Positions 39,275 to 49,132 of a stretch of DNA of 64,000 nucleotides are shown here, piece after piece (within the stretch, counting starts at the first letter, position 1; every line of letters starts with the position of its first letter). Made by a program: the position numbers and the translations under genes. Under the pieces are notes generated by a model that was not told the origin of the DNA, searched no databases, and saw nothing but the letters and a program-made list of their open reading frames with translations. The stretch spans positions 49,187-113,186 of the forward strand of contig CAZCTY010000001.1 of NCBI GenBank assembly GCA_964501945.1. The letters are read 5' to 3'. This stretch comes from an uncultured Methanosarcinales archaeon. GTDB taxonomy: Archaea > Nanobdellota > Nanobdellia > Woesearchaeales > 21-14-0-10-32-9.

Positions 39275-40329
39275 TATTTCTTTTTAAACAATTTTTTAAA
39301 AAAACCTTTTTTCTCCTCCACAGTTTTCTCCTTATCAACACTTTTGTCTTGCTCATCAGGCTTTGATGCGGAACTATCTTCCTTTGATGCAGAAGTATCA
39401 TCTTTTGAAGATACAACACTTTCACCACCTACATCTTCAACTTTCAAATTTAACTGCCTAATCGCCGAATCTAATTTTGACTTAATCTCTTTTTTTAACA
39501 AAGACATATTTTTCTTAACATCCTCATTAGTTGATTTAGAACGCTTATCCATCAAATCAATAATCTTAGTGGTGTGCTTTTCAAAATCATTAAACTTATT
39601 GATAAATTTCAAAAGCTCTTTTTTATCAGTCTTATCTTCCAACTTAACTTTCATTTTATCAAAGTCGCCCTGAATTTTTTCAAAAGAACGCTTCAAATCC
39701 TTAACAGAATCATTGAACTTATCAAACTCAGTAAACTTCTTTTCAACCTCTACATAAATAGTTTCAACTTTGTTACTATGCCTATCAATCTCACCCTCAA
39801 TTTTTTTAATTTGAATAAGCTCATCTTTAATTTCTTCATTGAGCTTAGTAACTTGTTCAATACCCTTATAAAAATCCATTTTCTTACGCATCTCTTTAAC
39901 TTCTTTCATCATATCAGACATTAAAGATTCAGAACTCTCAACGCCAGCTTTAACGCTCTCAATTTTAGAATCTTGCTTTCTAACTTCAAGCATTAATTTA
40001 TCAGGCTTCACGCTTTCAACTAAGTCAATCGCCTTAGTTGCAGACGCCTCAATGTTACCAACACTTTTGTTAGTATCCATAATCATGCCGCGAATCTCAC
40101 CAATCTCCTCACTAATACGAGAAAAACGCTCATTAGTCGCCTGACGCTGTTCGTTTAAACCCTCAAGCTGAGCCTTAATTTTAGTAACCTCAACGCCCAA
40201 CTTCGAATCGCCAAGATCATCTTCCTTTTTATTATTAGCAGCCTCTTTTTCTTCAAGCTCTTGCTGCTGCGCCTCAATATTTTTTTTAATTAATTCCTCA
40301 TCACTAACTTTTTTCTTAAACAAACCCAT
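39274..40329 (-). CDS. Cytoplasmic coiled-coil protein
   Basis: Heptad-rich; amphipathic termini MGLFKKK and GFFKKLFKKK; no signal peptide. Confidence 0.7.
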   Translation of the reverse strand: MGLFKKKVSDEELIKKNIEAQQQELEEKEAANNKKEDDLGDSKLGVEVTKIKAQLEGLNEQRQATNERFSRISEEIGEIRGMIMDTNKSVGNIEASATKAIDLVESVKPDKLMLEVRKQDSKIESVKAGVESSESLMSDMMKEVKEMRKKMDFYKGIEQVTKLNEEIKDELIQIKKIEGEIDRHSNKVETIYVEVEKKFTEFDKFNDSVKDLKRSFEKIQGDFDKMKVKLEDKTDKKELLKFINKFNDFEKHTTKIIDLMDKRSKSTNEDVKKNMSLLKKEIKSKLDSAIRQLNLKVEDVGGESVVSSKDDTSASKEDSSASKPDEQDKSVDKEKTVEEKKGFFKKLFKKK

Positions 40330-40340
40330 ACTTCATCCTC

Positions 40341-41333
40341 TCAATTTTTTAATTTATTTTTTTTAATGACATCTCCATTAACATTAGCCTTTTCCAAAAC
40401 TTCTTTTTTTATGTCAAGCTCAACAAATTGCTCAGCACTAGCAATTTCCTCCTCAACCTCGTCTAACAAGTTTTTAACTTTGTCTCTTGCCTCAAAAGAA
40501 TTATCAACTTCTAAGAAATGAATCTTAGGCTTAATCAATTTAAGCTTCATAAAAGGAATAAGCATATCAATACCTCTCCTCCTTTTCGCAGATATCAAAG
40601 AATAAAGAGATTCATACCTCTCATTAATATCAGAAACATTAGCCTTTAAAACTTCCTCGTTTAAATAAGTATTTTGCTTCATTTTCTTTGTTTTTTCTAA
40701 AAGTTGCTCACTACGCTCAGATAATGAAGCAGGAGCTGAGGTCTCAAAATCTTTTTCAGTAGAGGAGTCTTTATTCAAACTATCATTTGTTGAAGAAGGC
40801 TGTTCTATTTTTTCAGAAACATTATTAGAAGCATCACTGTCATTAGAATTTTCGACATCTTCCTTTTTAGTTTTATTTACATCAACTTCTGTTTTATTCT
40901 CTGAATTATTTTCATCAAGAGAAGCCACATCATTTGATATATTTTCATCAGATTCTTTTTTATTTCTTTTAAACAGATTCTTTAGATAATTTTTTTCTTT
41001 TTTTCTTTTATTTTCATGAGGCTTACTAATATCAGTTTTATTTTTTTTTCTAAAACTAATCTTTTTTTTCTTTTTCTTTCCATTCAAATGCTCATTAAGA
41101 ATACTTAATAAATCCTCAGGAGAACTTTTTTTCGAAAAAGAGTTAGCCAAATCTTCTTTTCCAAAAAAGCCTCTAACCCAATTCGCATAATCATTATTAG
41201 TGTCAGTAACATGTCTTTGAAAATTATGAAGATTAATTCCCTTAACATTTTTTTCTAATTCTTCTTTCAATTCGCTTAAATCTCTGAGAACTTCACCATT
41301 ACTAAAATAAAAATATTTATCTGGACTAACCAT
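40341..41333 (-). CDS. Cytoplasmic protein with N-terminal DUF5752-like domain
   Basis: FYFSNG...FQRHVTDTNNDYANWVRGFFG; disordered linker; helical C-terminus. Confidence 0.75.
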   Translation of the reverse strand: MVSPDKYFYFSNGEVLRDLSELKEELEKNVKGINLHNFQRHVTDTNNDYANWVRGFFGKEDLANSFSKKSSPEDLLSILNEHLNGKKKKKKISFRKKNKTDISKPHENKRKKEKNYLKNLFKRNKKESDENISNDVASLDENNSENKTEVDVNKTKKEDVENSNDSDASNNVSEKIEQPSSTNDSLNKDSSTEKDFETSAPASLSERSEQLLEKTKKMKQNTYLNEEVLKANVSDINERYESLYSLISAKRRRGIDMLIPFMKLKLIKPKIHFLEVDNSFEARDKVKNLLDEVEEEIASAEQFVELDIKKEVLEKANVNGDVIKKNKLKN

Positions 41334-44300
41334 TTCTAAGCACCTCTTTTATAGCTGCCCTATCTTTCGCATGACGAATTTTCTCAGCTAATTCTTTTTC
41401 ATCAAACACGTGCTCTACCCAATTTGCAAAGTCGTTTTTCTCAGAAGTTACGTGCTTATAAAAAATATCGTCAGAAATTTTATCTAATAAATTATAAAGA
41501 TCTTTTATACTATGCAATTTTAATCCAGTCTCAAGCAAGAATGTTTTATCATCAGGCGCAATTTTTTCAAAAGCAGAGGAAACCTTAGAAGAAGTTTCAT
41601 CATCGAATTGCTCTTCTTCATCCTCTTCTTGATTCTTTTTTTCAACAGATTCATCAGATGAAGCAGCAGATTCTTTTTTAATAACGTCTTCGCTATCACT
41701 GCTTTCTTTTTTTACAGGATCTTCTTTTTCATTGCTTTCATTTTTTTCGTTTTCTTGTTCTTTGTTTTCTGCTTCAGCGTTTCCTTGTGTTTCTTTTTCA
41801 GCGCTTTCTTGTTTGTTTTCGTCGGTTGCTTCTTGTTTGTTTTCTTGTGTTTCTTTTTCGGTGTTTTCTGGTTCGTTTTCGTCGGTTTCTTTTTCTTGTT
41901 TGTCGTCATTATCGTCTTTTTTGTTTTTTGTTTCAGCACTTTCTTGTGTTTCTTTTTCTTTTTCAGTGTTTTCTGGTTCGTTTTCGTCGGTTTCTTCTTT
42001 TTTGTCTTCAGACTCTTTTTTTTCTAAAGGAGGCAGTTTTTCACCCTTGCCACGCTTATCAAGCAAATCAAGAATTTCTTTTCTATCCTTAGTATTAGCT
42101 AAATGCTCGCCTAATTCAATGTCGCCGACAGCGTTTTTAAACCAATCAGCGAAATCATTCTTTTTATCATTAACATGAAATTCAAAATCAGAGTCTTTCA
42201 TGGCTTCAATTTCAGAATACAAACTACTAGGAGTTACAACTAACATGTCATTGTTAAGCTTTAAGATTTTATCAGGAGGAACATCTTTTTTAAATTTCTC
42301 AGAAGGACTCTCTTCTTTAGAATCTCCACCACTTTCTTCTTTTTTATTTTCTTTATCAAACTTATCACGCTCACTTTGCGCCTTTTTCAAATCTTTTTCC
42401 AACTCTTCTTTAGAAACCATTTTAGGCTTTAGAATCTTAGGTTCTTTACCAATCTTATCCCACAATTTCTTTAACCTAGGTTCAAGACCCTCAATGTAAA
42501 TTTTAACCATGTTAAAATTACCAGCCTTGACTTTATCAAGTGCTAATTTAAGCTCTAACTTTAAATCAAAAACATCCTGACCTTCCTCTTCTAATTGTTC
42601 CATTTCATAAGTCATCTGATCAATTTTTTTGTTATACTCATTATACTGAGAAATTTCATCATCACTCAAACGAGCAACAGAGTGCAAGATAGGCCTGAAA
42701 GTAGTAAAATAAGGCCGACCTCTATTGTAAGCAGAGTTTTGAACCATACCAGTACCAATACTTGCCTTAACTAAGCTTTGAAGAACATCCGCGCCATACT
42801 TAGTTTTAATACGATCAAGATCTCCCTCGTCCCTAGTTCTCATCTGAATTTCTGTGTTAATGTTAGCTTTAATTTGACCAACGAAATCCGCGAGTACCTG
42901 AGATATAAGCATAACACCAATACCCCACTTCCTAAACTCACGACAAGCACGCTCAATTTGCAAGAAACCCTCACCACTACCACCAAACTTAGGCAACAAC
43001 CTGTGAACCTCATCGTAAACCAAACAAAGCCTTAAAGGCTCAGACTCATCAAAATTAGCATGAAACACCTCTCGCACAGTGTTTGCTACGAAGATATCAA
43101 TATCTTTAGGATCAAGCTTGTGAACCGCAAATACCTGAATCTCACCCGGCTTCATATATTTACGAATATCAATTAACTCACGAGCATTATCAATTTGACG
43201 AATGTTACCAACAAAAGGACGCGCATCTTTAGGCTTCATACCAAAACTCGGATACAAACCCATCAAACCTTTATTTGTAAGCTTACGAAGCATACCAGTC
43301 CATTGAGCAGTAGGATCAAAAACAATAACAGCAACATCCTTCATTAACATTTCTTCAATAATAACTTGAGCGGAAAAACTCTTACCACCACCAGTACTAC
43401 CAGCTACGATTGTGTGAGTTTTAAAATTTTCAAGATTCATATAAGACTTCTTTTCAGTCTCAGCAATCTTACCAACAAAAGCACTACGAGGCCCAGGCTT
43501 AGGCAACTCAGAATATTCAACTTTTAAATGATACTTCTTTTTAGCCTCCATCCTTTTCTTAAAAACTATTATTCCAATAATAATACCAAAGAGCAACAAA
43601 CTTCCAAGAATAGCATGCCAAACCCGCACACCCCAAAACAAAGTATATTGGTGAAATGGCAAACTAACAGTGAAAACATGACTCGAACTAGAACTCAAAT
43701 CTAAATAATTCGCAGTTACACGAATAACATACTCACCAGGAGGTAAATTATTAGGCAACTCAACGTTTCTAAGCAAAGAAACAGTAGTCTTCAAGAAAAC
43801 ATTCGCAGACTGAGTCCAAATAGTTTCCTCACCAGAAATATCTTGAATGCTAAAGAGAACATTAACAGGATACTCCCTATCAGATAACATATTAGTAAGA
43901 TCAGTTCTAAACGTGAACCTAGAACCAGAATAAATAGTTCTATCAGACATACTAATACCAATAAGAAGAGCCTGAATAGGAATTTTATCTTTATCAAGAA
44001 TTTCAATCTCAACAGGAATATTCGCATCAATATCCCCAGTTATATTAATAGTACCATTATAAATACCAGGAGTTTGATTACCAAAGAAAGTTAAAGTAAC
44101 GCGACCATCACCCCTTGCACCAATAGAAATACTGTCCCTATCAATATTAGTAATATTTTTAAAATCACCAACTAAGTCAAAATTAACCTGCATGGTGCCA
44201 TCTCTAAAACTTTGAATAACAACAGTTTCTTGAGCAAACTCTCCCTCACGAATACGCTTAGTTATACGATTAAAAGGAATCCAAAATTCCTGCCCCTCAA

Positions 44301-45459
44301 TTTCAGCAGGACGCTCAATTTGAAAAGGAACCTCACCAGGACCAACATCTTCCCCAAAATCAGGGCCTATATCAGGATGCATATCAACAAAATCAACAGG
44401 AGGCGCATCTATCTCAAGCATTATATTATGCTCAGTTTCTTCATTTAATGTAACGTTTATATCACTCTCATAAGTAGAGTAACCTTCCAAAATAGCAATT
44501 ATCTTTGACGGGCCCGCCCTAGTAGTCAAGTTATAAAAACCTTGACCATCAGTTACAGTAGAATAACCTGCAACAGTTATCAAAACATCTTCCAAAGGAT
44601 TACCAGATAAATCAGTCACAGAACCATAAACAATACCTTGCTCCTCAGGCTCATCATCCCCTCCGACACAGACATTGAAAGGATCAATAAAAACATGATA
44701 CGTAGTGGTTGAATTGTCTATAATAGGTAACAAGAATTGATAATTATAAAAACGATTATTAAAACCTCTCGAAAGAGCCTCATTTAACTCAGCGACATAA
44801 ACATAATTATCGTTTTCATCTTTTAAAATACCAGTATTAAACATACCCTCAGGTGTATCGGTGCCAACATTAGTTTTAACAGCAGGAATATTACTAATCG
44901 TTCGCTCCCCAAGAGTTATACTCATAGTTTCAGTAAAAGTCTTAGTAGCAGAATCATAATAAGACGCATCAATACCGATGAGCGCATCAATTTCTTCAGG
45001 TGATGCAGGAGTTAGAGAGTTAATAGACACCTCGGCTTCAGGAACATAACTTGCAAATAACAAATTAACCTTATCAGGCTCAACACAATCAAAAAACATA
45101 TTCGCCTCATTAGTGCTACCTTGCTCAATATCAAACATCCACGGCTGTTCTTGACCCACACCGAAAGCAGCACCATACAAACCAGCCCAATTAAAAGCAG
45201 GCTTTTTATACAATAACTCCATTTGATAAATAGTCCCGCCAATACCTTCATGATACGCAACATAACCAGTATAAATAGTAGTAGACGCGAGCAAAATAAT
45301 ACTCAAAACAAATAAAGAAATTAATAATATGTCGCTAAAAGATTTACGCTTATTCTTTTTAGGAACTGAACGATTATTAATAGCATCATCAATACTAATA
45401 TCTTTTTCCTCAAACAATTTATTTACAAAATTCCTCAAATTCCACTTCTTCTTACTCAT
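41326..45459 (-). CDS. Membrane-anchored HerA/FtsK/VirB4-superfamily ATPase with extracellular subunit-like and Ig domains and two DUF5752-like domains
   Basis: Walker A GSTGGGKS, VFDPTAQW, Walker B LVYDEVH, RKWGIGVMLISQ; TM helices near aa 50 and 625. Confidence 0.87.
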   Translation of the reverse strand: MSKKKWNLRNFVNKLFEEKDISIDDAINNRSVPKKNKRKSFSDILLISLFVLSIILLASTTIYTGYVAYHEGIGGTIYQMELLYKKPAFNWAGLYGAAFGVGQEQPWMFDIEQGSTNEANMFFDCVEPDKVNLLFASYVPEAEVSINSLTPASPEEIDALIGIDASYYDSATKTFTETMSITLGERTISNIPAVKTNVGTDTPEGMFNTGILKDENDNYVYVAELNEALSRGFNNRFYNYQFLLPIIDNSTTTYHVFIDPFNVCVGGDDEPEEQGIVYGSVTDLSGNPLEDVLITVAGYSTVTDGQGFYNLTTRAGPSKIIAILEGYSTYESDINVTLNEETEHNIMLEIDAPPVDFVDMHPDIGPDFGEDVGPGEVPFQIERPAEIEGQEFWIPFNRITKRIREGEFAQETVVIQSFRDGTMQVNFDLVGDFKNITNIDRDSISIGARGDGRVTLTFFGNQTPGIYNGTINITGDIDANIPVEIEILDKDKIPIQALLIGISMSDRTIYSGSRFTFRTDLTNMLSDREYPVNVLFSIQDISGEETIWTQSANVFLKTTVSLLRNVELPNNLPPGEYVIRVTANYLDLSSSSSHVFTVSLPFHQYTLFWGVRVWHAILGSLLLFGIIIGIIVFKKRMEAKKKYHLKVEYSELPKPGPRSAFVGKIAETEKKSYMNLENFKTHTIVAGSTGGGKSFSAQVIIEEMLMKDVAVIVFDPTAQWTGMLRKLTNKGLMGLYPSFGMKPKDARPFVGNIRQIDNARELIDIRKYMKPGEIQVFAVHKLDPKDIDIFVANTVREVFHANFDESEPLRLCLVYDEVHRLLPKFGGSGEGFLQIERACREFRKWGIGVMLISQVLADFVGQIKANINTEIQMRTRDEGDLDRIKTKYGADVLQSLVKASIGTGMVQNSAYNRGRPYFTTFRPILHSVARLSDDEISQYNEYNKKIDQMTYEMEQLEEEGQDVFDLKLELKLALDKVKAGNFNMVKIYIEGLEPRLKKLWDKIGKEPKILKPKMVSKEELEKDLKKAQSERDKFDKENKKEESGGDSKEESPSEKFKKDVPPDKILKLNNDMLVVTPSSLYSEIEAMKDSDFEFHVNDKKNDFADWFKNAVGDIELGEHLANTKDRKEILDLLDKRGKGEKLPPLEKKESEDKKEETDENEPENTEKEKETQESAETKNKKDDNDDKQEKETDENEPENTEKETQENKQEATDENKQESAEKETQGNAEAENKEQENEKNESNEKEDPVKKESSDSEDVIKKESAASSDESVEKKNQEEDEEEQFDDETSSKVSSAFEKIAPDDKTFLLETGLKLHSIKDLYNLLDKISDDIFYKHVTSEKNDFANWVEHVFDEKELAEKIRHAKDRAAIKEVLRNG
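41800..42000 (-). repeat. Imperfect intragenic repeats encoding ETDENEPENTEKE in an acidic linker
   Basis: TTTTCTGGTTCGTTTTCGTCGGTTTCTT occurs at ~41864 and ~41969, plus partial copies. Confidence 0.75.
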
Positions 45460-48443
45460 TTTAATTTCTTCAACTCATCACCAAGCAATAAAACTTGATC
45501 CTTGAAACTTTTTTGAATATCAACATCAGCCTTATTGAAAACATCAGATAAAAGATTGTAAGTTTTAATAGCATCATCTACACTGCCTTCTTTTTGAGAG
45601 GCATGCACGCGATTAATTAAATATTCAATGTACTTTTCATTTAATAAATTCACAAGTAAAGAAATATCGTCATATACCTGATTTTTAATTTTTCCAGGAG
45701 CATTTTCATACAACATTTTAATTTCTTTGTATATAAGATTCGCACGCTCTAAATTCTGAATTTCCAAATAATCTTTAGCATCATTTATGAGAACCTTCAA
45801 CTCTTTCATCTTACGATCACTTCTAAAATTATTAACAAAACCAAACAACTTATCTTTAACATTAAAGGCATAAAACAAATAAGCCAAAACCAATATTATC
45901 AACAATAAAAACAAACCAGTGGTATGATCAACATCTCCAGCTCTTGAAGTTACCATGCCTGTAAAACTAGGAATATTGCTTCTAGAACTACTAGAAGAGA
46001 ATGCGTCCCCACCCAAAAGCAAAGTATGGGCTTTTTTAACATCATCTAAAGAAGAATGACCAACAGAGTAATAAGTTATAAAATCTGGCTTTTCTAAAAC
46101 CAATAATTCATTTCTTATAAGAGAGTCATGACTTTGCAACACAGTCAAATCAGAACGTAAATTCTCAGGCACACTTTCCAATAAAAATTGATCCCTTTTA
46201 GTCTCGCCAGTATACTCAACAGTTTTATGAACTAAAGTAATATCTTTAGTAGACCCATCCAAATAAGTAATAGTTAAATGAGCAGTGAAAGTACGAGTTC
46301 TAAAAAGATTTTGAAGCCTTTCAACTTCCCTCATGTTAACGCCGCCTTGAAGATTCCTATTTTCAAAATAAGCACTAGCAATCTCTTCCAATTCATCAGA
46401 GTCAGGATACGCAATGAACTCCTCAGATTTTTCAAGCTCAATTAATAAAGGCGTTTCTTTTTCTAATTCACGAATCAAATCTTTATATTCCTCAATTCTC
46501 TCCTCTTTTTGAACATCACTTAAATCTCGTCTCAAAGCCAAACTATTAATATCTCTTAAAATACGCTCATAATCCCTTAAACTAACTCTGAGCGTTTCCT
46601 CAACATTTAAAGCATCAGCAGCCCTTCTCGCCTCAAGCTCTAAATCATTAAAATTATCATTAGCGTTCTCAATTTTTCTCCTCAACTCACCAGCATCAAT
46701 TATATCAGATATATCATCCGCGGTAGTTGCTGAAAAACTTTCTTGAGACGCTGAAACACTCAAATCACGTACCTCAGAATCCTCATCACCACAACTAATC
46801 TGCCAACTATACTCCCCGTCATCAAGCTTTTCAACAAAAGATAGAGAGCCTTCCTTAACATCTTCTTTTTTAGCAAGATCTGCAAACCAAGAACTACCTT
46901 TTTCAGCAATTAAAAGACTACAAGTTTTTTCTTCTTCTAAAGATAAAATAGCTTCAAAACTCACTTCCTCGCGGGAGATAGATGCGCCAGCCTCAGGTGA
47001 CTGCAAAAATATAGGTGAGGTGCTATCGCTCGTGCTACTTGGGGAGGACTCAATTTTATCTAACCTAATTGTCACAGATAAATCTTCATCTAATTCAATG
47101 TCTTGATTTCTACTTGAATGACCCTCACCGCCAACTCTTAAACGATAATCATCTTCACGAAGCCTGAAAGTTACACGGCCATTACTATCAGTAAAATCAG
47201 ATTTTCTCAAATCAACAATTTGAACATCAGCATCTTCCATTACATTATTTTCATGATCTCTAACTTCAACAACCAAATCATAATACCTATCAACATCAAT
47301 TTCAAAATCTTTAACTTTCCTATTACCGCGAGAATCAACAACGATTAAAGAAACTTCGTGGGATCCAGCACTGGAGAAAGACAAATCAACCTCATCATCA
47401 GATTCAGTTTCGCCATCAAACTCCCAAGTATATTCATAAGGAGAAATACCTCCTGAAGCACTAGCTTTCAAAGTTATTTCTTCATCAACTTCCAAATCTT
47501 TTTTTCCACTCAAAGAAATATCAATAGTGTTCGTTACTTTGTATGAAACATTATGAGTAACACCAGATTCTTTTAAAATAAAATCAAGCCTATAATCTCC
47601 TGCGACGAATGCTTTTTCAAAATCAATTTTTTGCCACAACTTACCATCTTTATTGATGTTCAAATTATCAATTGTGAACTCTTCAGATTTTTCTAAGGTT
47701 TCAAAGTTAGGATTTTTCTCAGAACGCAACCAAACCTTTAATTCAAATTCTAAACCTTCCTCGCCATGAACTAAAAGATAACCTTCCTCGCCAAGAGAGA
47801 AATTTTTATCACTCAACTCAACATAAAAAGGCTCAACCACATCAACCTTTCTAATAACTTGCATAGGAGTATAATTTTCATTTTCATTGAACCTAGCGGT
47901 GATTTCATAAGTTTTGAAATCTTCAAATTTTTCACTTGACGATAATTTTGAAGCATTAGCTTTGCTCAAAACAACCTCGCCATCAATTAATAATTCTAAT
48001 TCGCCTTTAACATCAGAATCTATAGATATGTTTACAGTTTCATTTCTAAAAACAGTCAAATCTTCTGTTTTACCATTTAAAGATAAATTAAGTTTCGGCG
48101 TGGCTTTTTCAATTTCATAATTACCGGAAATATTAGTTGTGTTAGTTTCATTTCCTTTTTCCCACAAGTAATTATATTCTCCAGCGCTTAAATCATCTAT
48201 ATTTACCAAATAAGAATTTCTTTCTTTGTCATAATCAACTTTTTCCCTTGATAAAATTACTAATTTATCTTTAGATAGCTTAAACCAAACAGTATCGTTT
48301 AACTCTTCTAAATCAAGCATAAAATCATAAGATTTATCAGGCTCATAAACAGGAGATTCAGGATGGACATTACTAATAGCTGAAATAGTTGGAACTAATA
48401 GCAATATCATTAAAGTTGCCAGATAAAATATTTTGTTTTTCAT
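45456..48443 (-). CDS. Single-pass surface protein (PKD and carboxypeptidase-regulatory-like Ig domains, coiled region, TM, helical cytoplasmic tail)
   Basis: Signal peptide; GGISPYEYTWEFDG PKD motif; TDSNGRVTF; TM near aa 850. Confidence 0.75.
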   Translation of the reverse strand: MKNKIFYLATLMILLLVPTISAISNVHPESPVYEPDKSYDFMLDLEELNDTVWFKLSKDKLVILSREKVDYDKERNSYLVNIDDLSAGEYNYLWEKGNETNTTNISGNYEIEKATPKLNLSLNGKTEDLTVFRNETVNISIDSDVKGELELLIDGEVVLSKANASKLSSSEKFEDFKTYEITARFNENENYTPMQVIRKVDVVEPFYVELSDKNFSLGEEGYLLVHGEEGLEFELKVWLRSEKNPNFETLEKSEEFTIDNLNINKDGKLWQKIDFEKAFVAGDYRLDFILKESGVTHNVSYKVTNTIDISLSGKKDLEVDEEITLKASASGGISPYEYTWEFDGETESDDEVDLSFSSAGSHEVSLIVVDSRGNRKVKDFEIDVDRYYDLVVEVRDHENNVMEDADVQIVDLRKSDFTDSNGRVTFRLREDDYRLRVGGEGHSSRNQDIELDEDLSVTIRLDKIESSPSSTSDSTSPIFLQSPEAGASISREEVSFEAILSLEEEKTCSLLIAEKGSSWFADLAKKEDVKEGSLSFVEKLDDGEYSWQISCGDEDSEVRDLSVSASQESFSATTADDISDIIDAGELRRKIENANDNFNDLELEARRAADALNVEETLRVSLRDYERILRDINSLALRRDLSDVQKEERIEEYKDLIRELEKETPLLIELEKSEEFIAYPDSDELEEIASAYFENRNLQGGVNMREVERLQNLFRTRTFTAHLTITYLDGSTKDITLVHKTVEYTGETKRDQFLLESVPENLRSDLTVLQSHDSLIRNELLVLEKPDFITYYSVGHSSLDDVKKAHTLLLGGDAFSSSSSRSNIPSFTGMVTSRAGDVDHTTGLFLLLIILVLAYLFYAFNVKDKLFGFVNNFRSDRKMKELKVLINDAKDYLEIQNLERANLIYKEIKMLYENAPGKIKNQVYDDISLLVNLLNEKYIEYLINRVHASQKEGSVDDAIKTYNLLSDVFNKADVDIQKSFKDQVLLLGDELKKLK

Positions 48444-48709
48444 TTTTTAAGCTCCATTATTATGTTTTGAAGTTCTTCAAGCAATTTTTCTTTGTCTTTA
48501 GTTTCTTTTGTGTTTGAAATTTTCTGTTCTAATTGCTCTCTCATTTTTTGCACTTCGTATTTGTAGGGGGATTGATGCTGCTCACATTTTTTTCTTATGA
48601 TTGTTCTTATTTGCTCAGATAAATCTAAGTAATGATTTTCTTGGGCGAGCTCTTTTAATTCTTGAACTAACGTATTCGGGAGACGTATGCTCACAACTGT
48701 ATCTTTCAT
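48440..48709 (-). CDS. Ribbon-helix-helix protein with coiled-coil tail
   Basis: VVSIRLPNTLVQELKELA...DLSEQIRTII. Confidence 0.8.
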   Translation of the reverse strand: MKDTVVSIRLPNTLVQELKELAQENHYLDLSEQIRTIIRKKCEQHQSPYKYEVQKMREQLEQKISNTKETKDKEKLLEELQNIIMELKK

Positions 48710-48870
48710 ATCTCGCCCCCTCTTCGTTTAAGTTTTTGTTCTTGAACGTATTCGCGTAAGAATTCTCTGATTGCCTCAGATCTAGAACTGAATGTTTTTT
48801 CTTCAAGCAGAGGCTCGAGCCTTTTGAGAAGTTCTTTTGGCACCCTCACGTTTATTACTTCGGTTTTCAT
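48706..48870 (-). CDS. CopG/Arc/MetJ-type ribbon-helix-helix regulator (54 aa, not in ORF track)
   Basis: MKTEVINVRVPKELLKRLEPLLEEKTFSSRSEAIREFLREYV...; GAGG RBS; ATGA overlap with next gene. Confidence 0.88.
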   Translation of the reverse strand: MKTEVINVRVPKELLKRLEPLLEEKTFSSRSEAIREFLREYVQEQKLKRRGGEI

Positions 48871-48937
48871 TATTGTCCTCAAAAAAACACTGCGTTAAAA
48901 CAAATTGTGTGTTTTTTGTAGTTTTTTATATGATTTT

Positions 48938-49040
48938 TGTATGACAAATGTAAGACATTTTATACCATTTTTGTATATTTGTATTACAAATGTGTGCTTT
49001 TTATACTTTTTTTGTGTGATGATAGTATATAAATGTTTTG
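48938..49040 (-). promoter_or_regulatory. Promoter and operator array of the large operon
   Basis: TTTATATA on minus strand at ~49026-49033; TGTAnnACA at 48938, 48949, 48980. Confidence 0.6.
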
Positions 49041-49132
49041 GTTTTTAGAGAATAAAACAAAATTTACAATATGGAAAATAATTAAAAATTATTTATAAAA
49101 AAGAATTTAAACAAAACAAATATTATGATTGT

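Noticed and set aside
41326..45459. HerA-NurA repair, defence HerA or conjugative VirB4 element
   Set aside because: No nurA, mre11, rad50, Sir2, relaxase or integrase nearby, and the large ectodomain does not fit those systems
48615..48806. 63-aa ORF in the track upstream of the 89-aa RHH gene
   Set aside because: Wrong frame; the 54-aa RHH ORF 48706..48870 has an RBS, a recognisable fold and translational coupling
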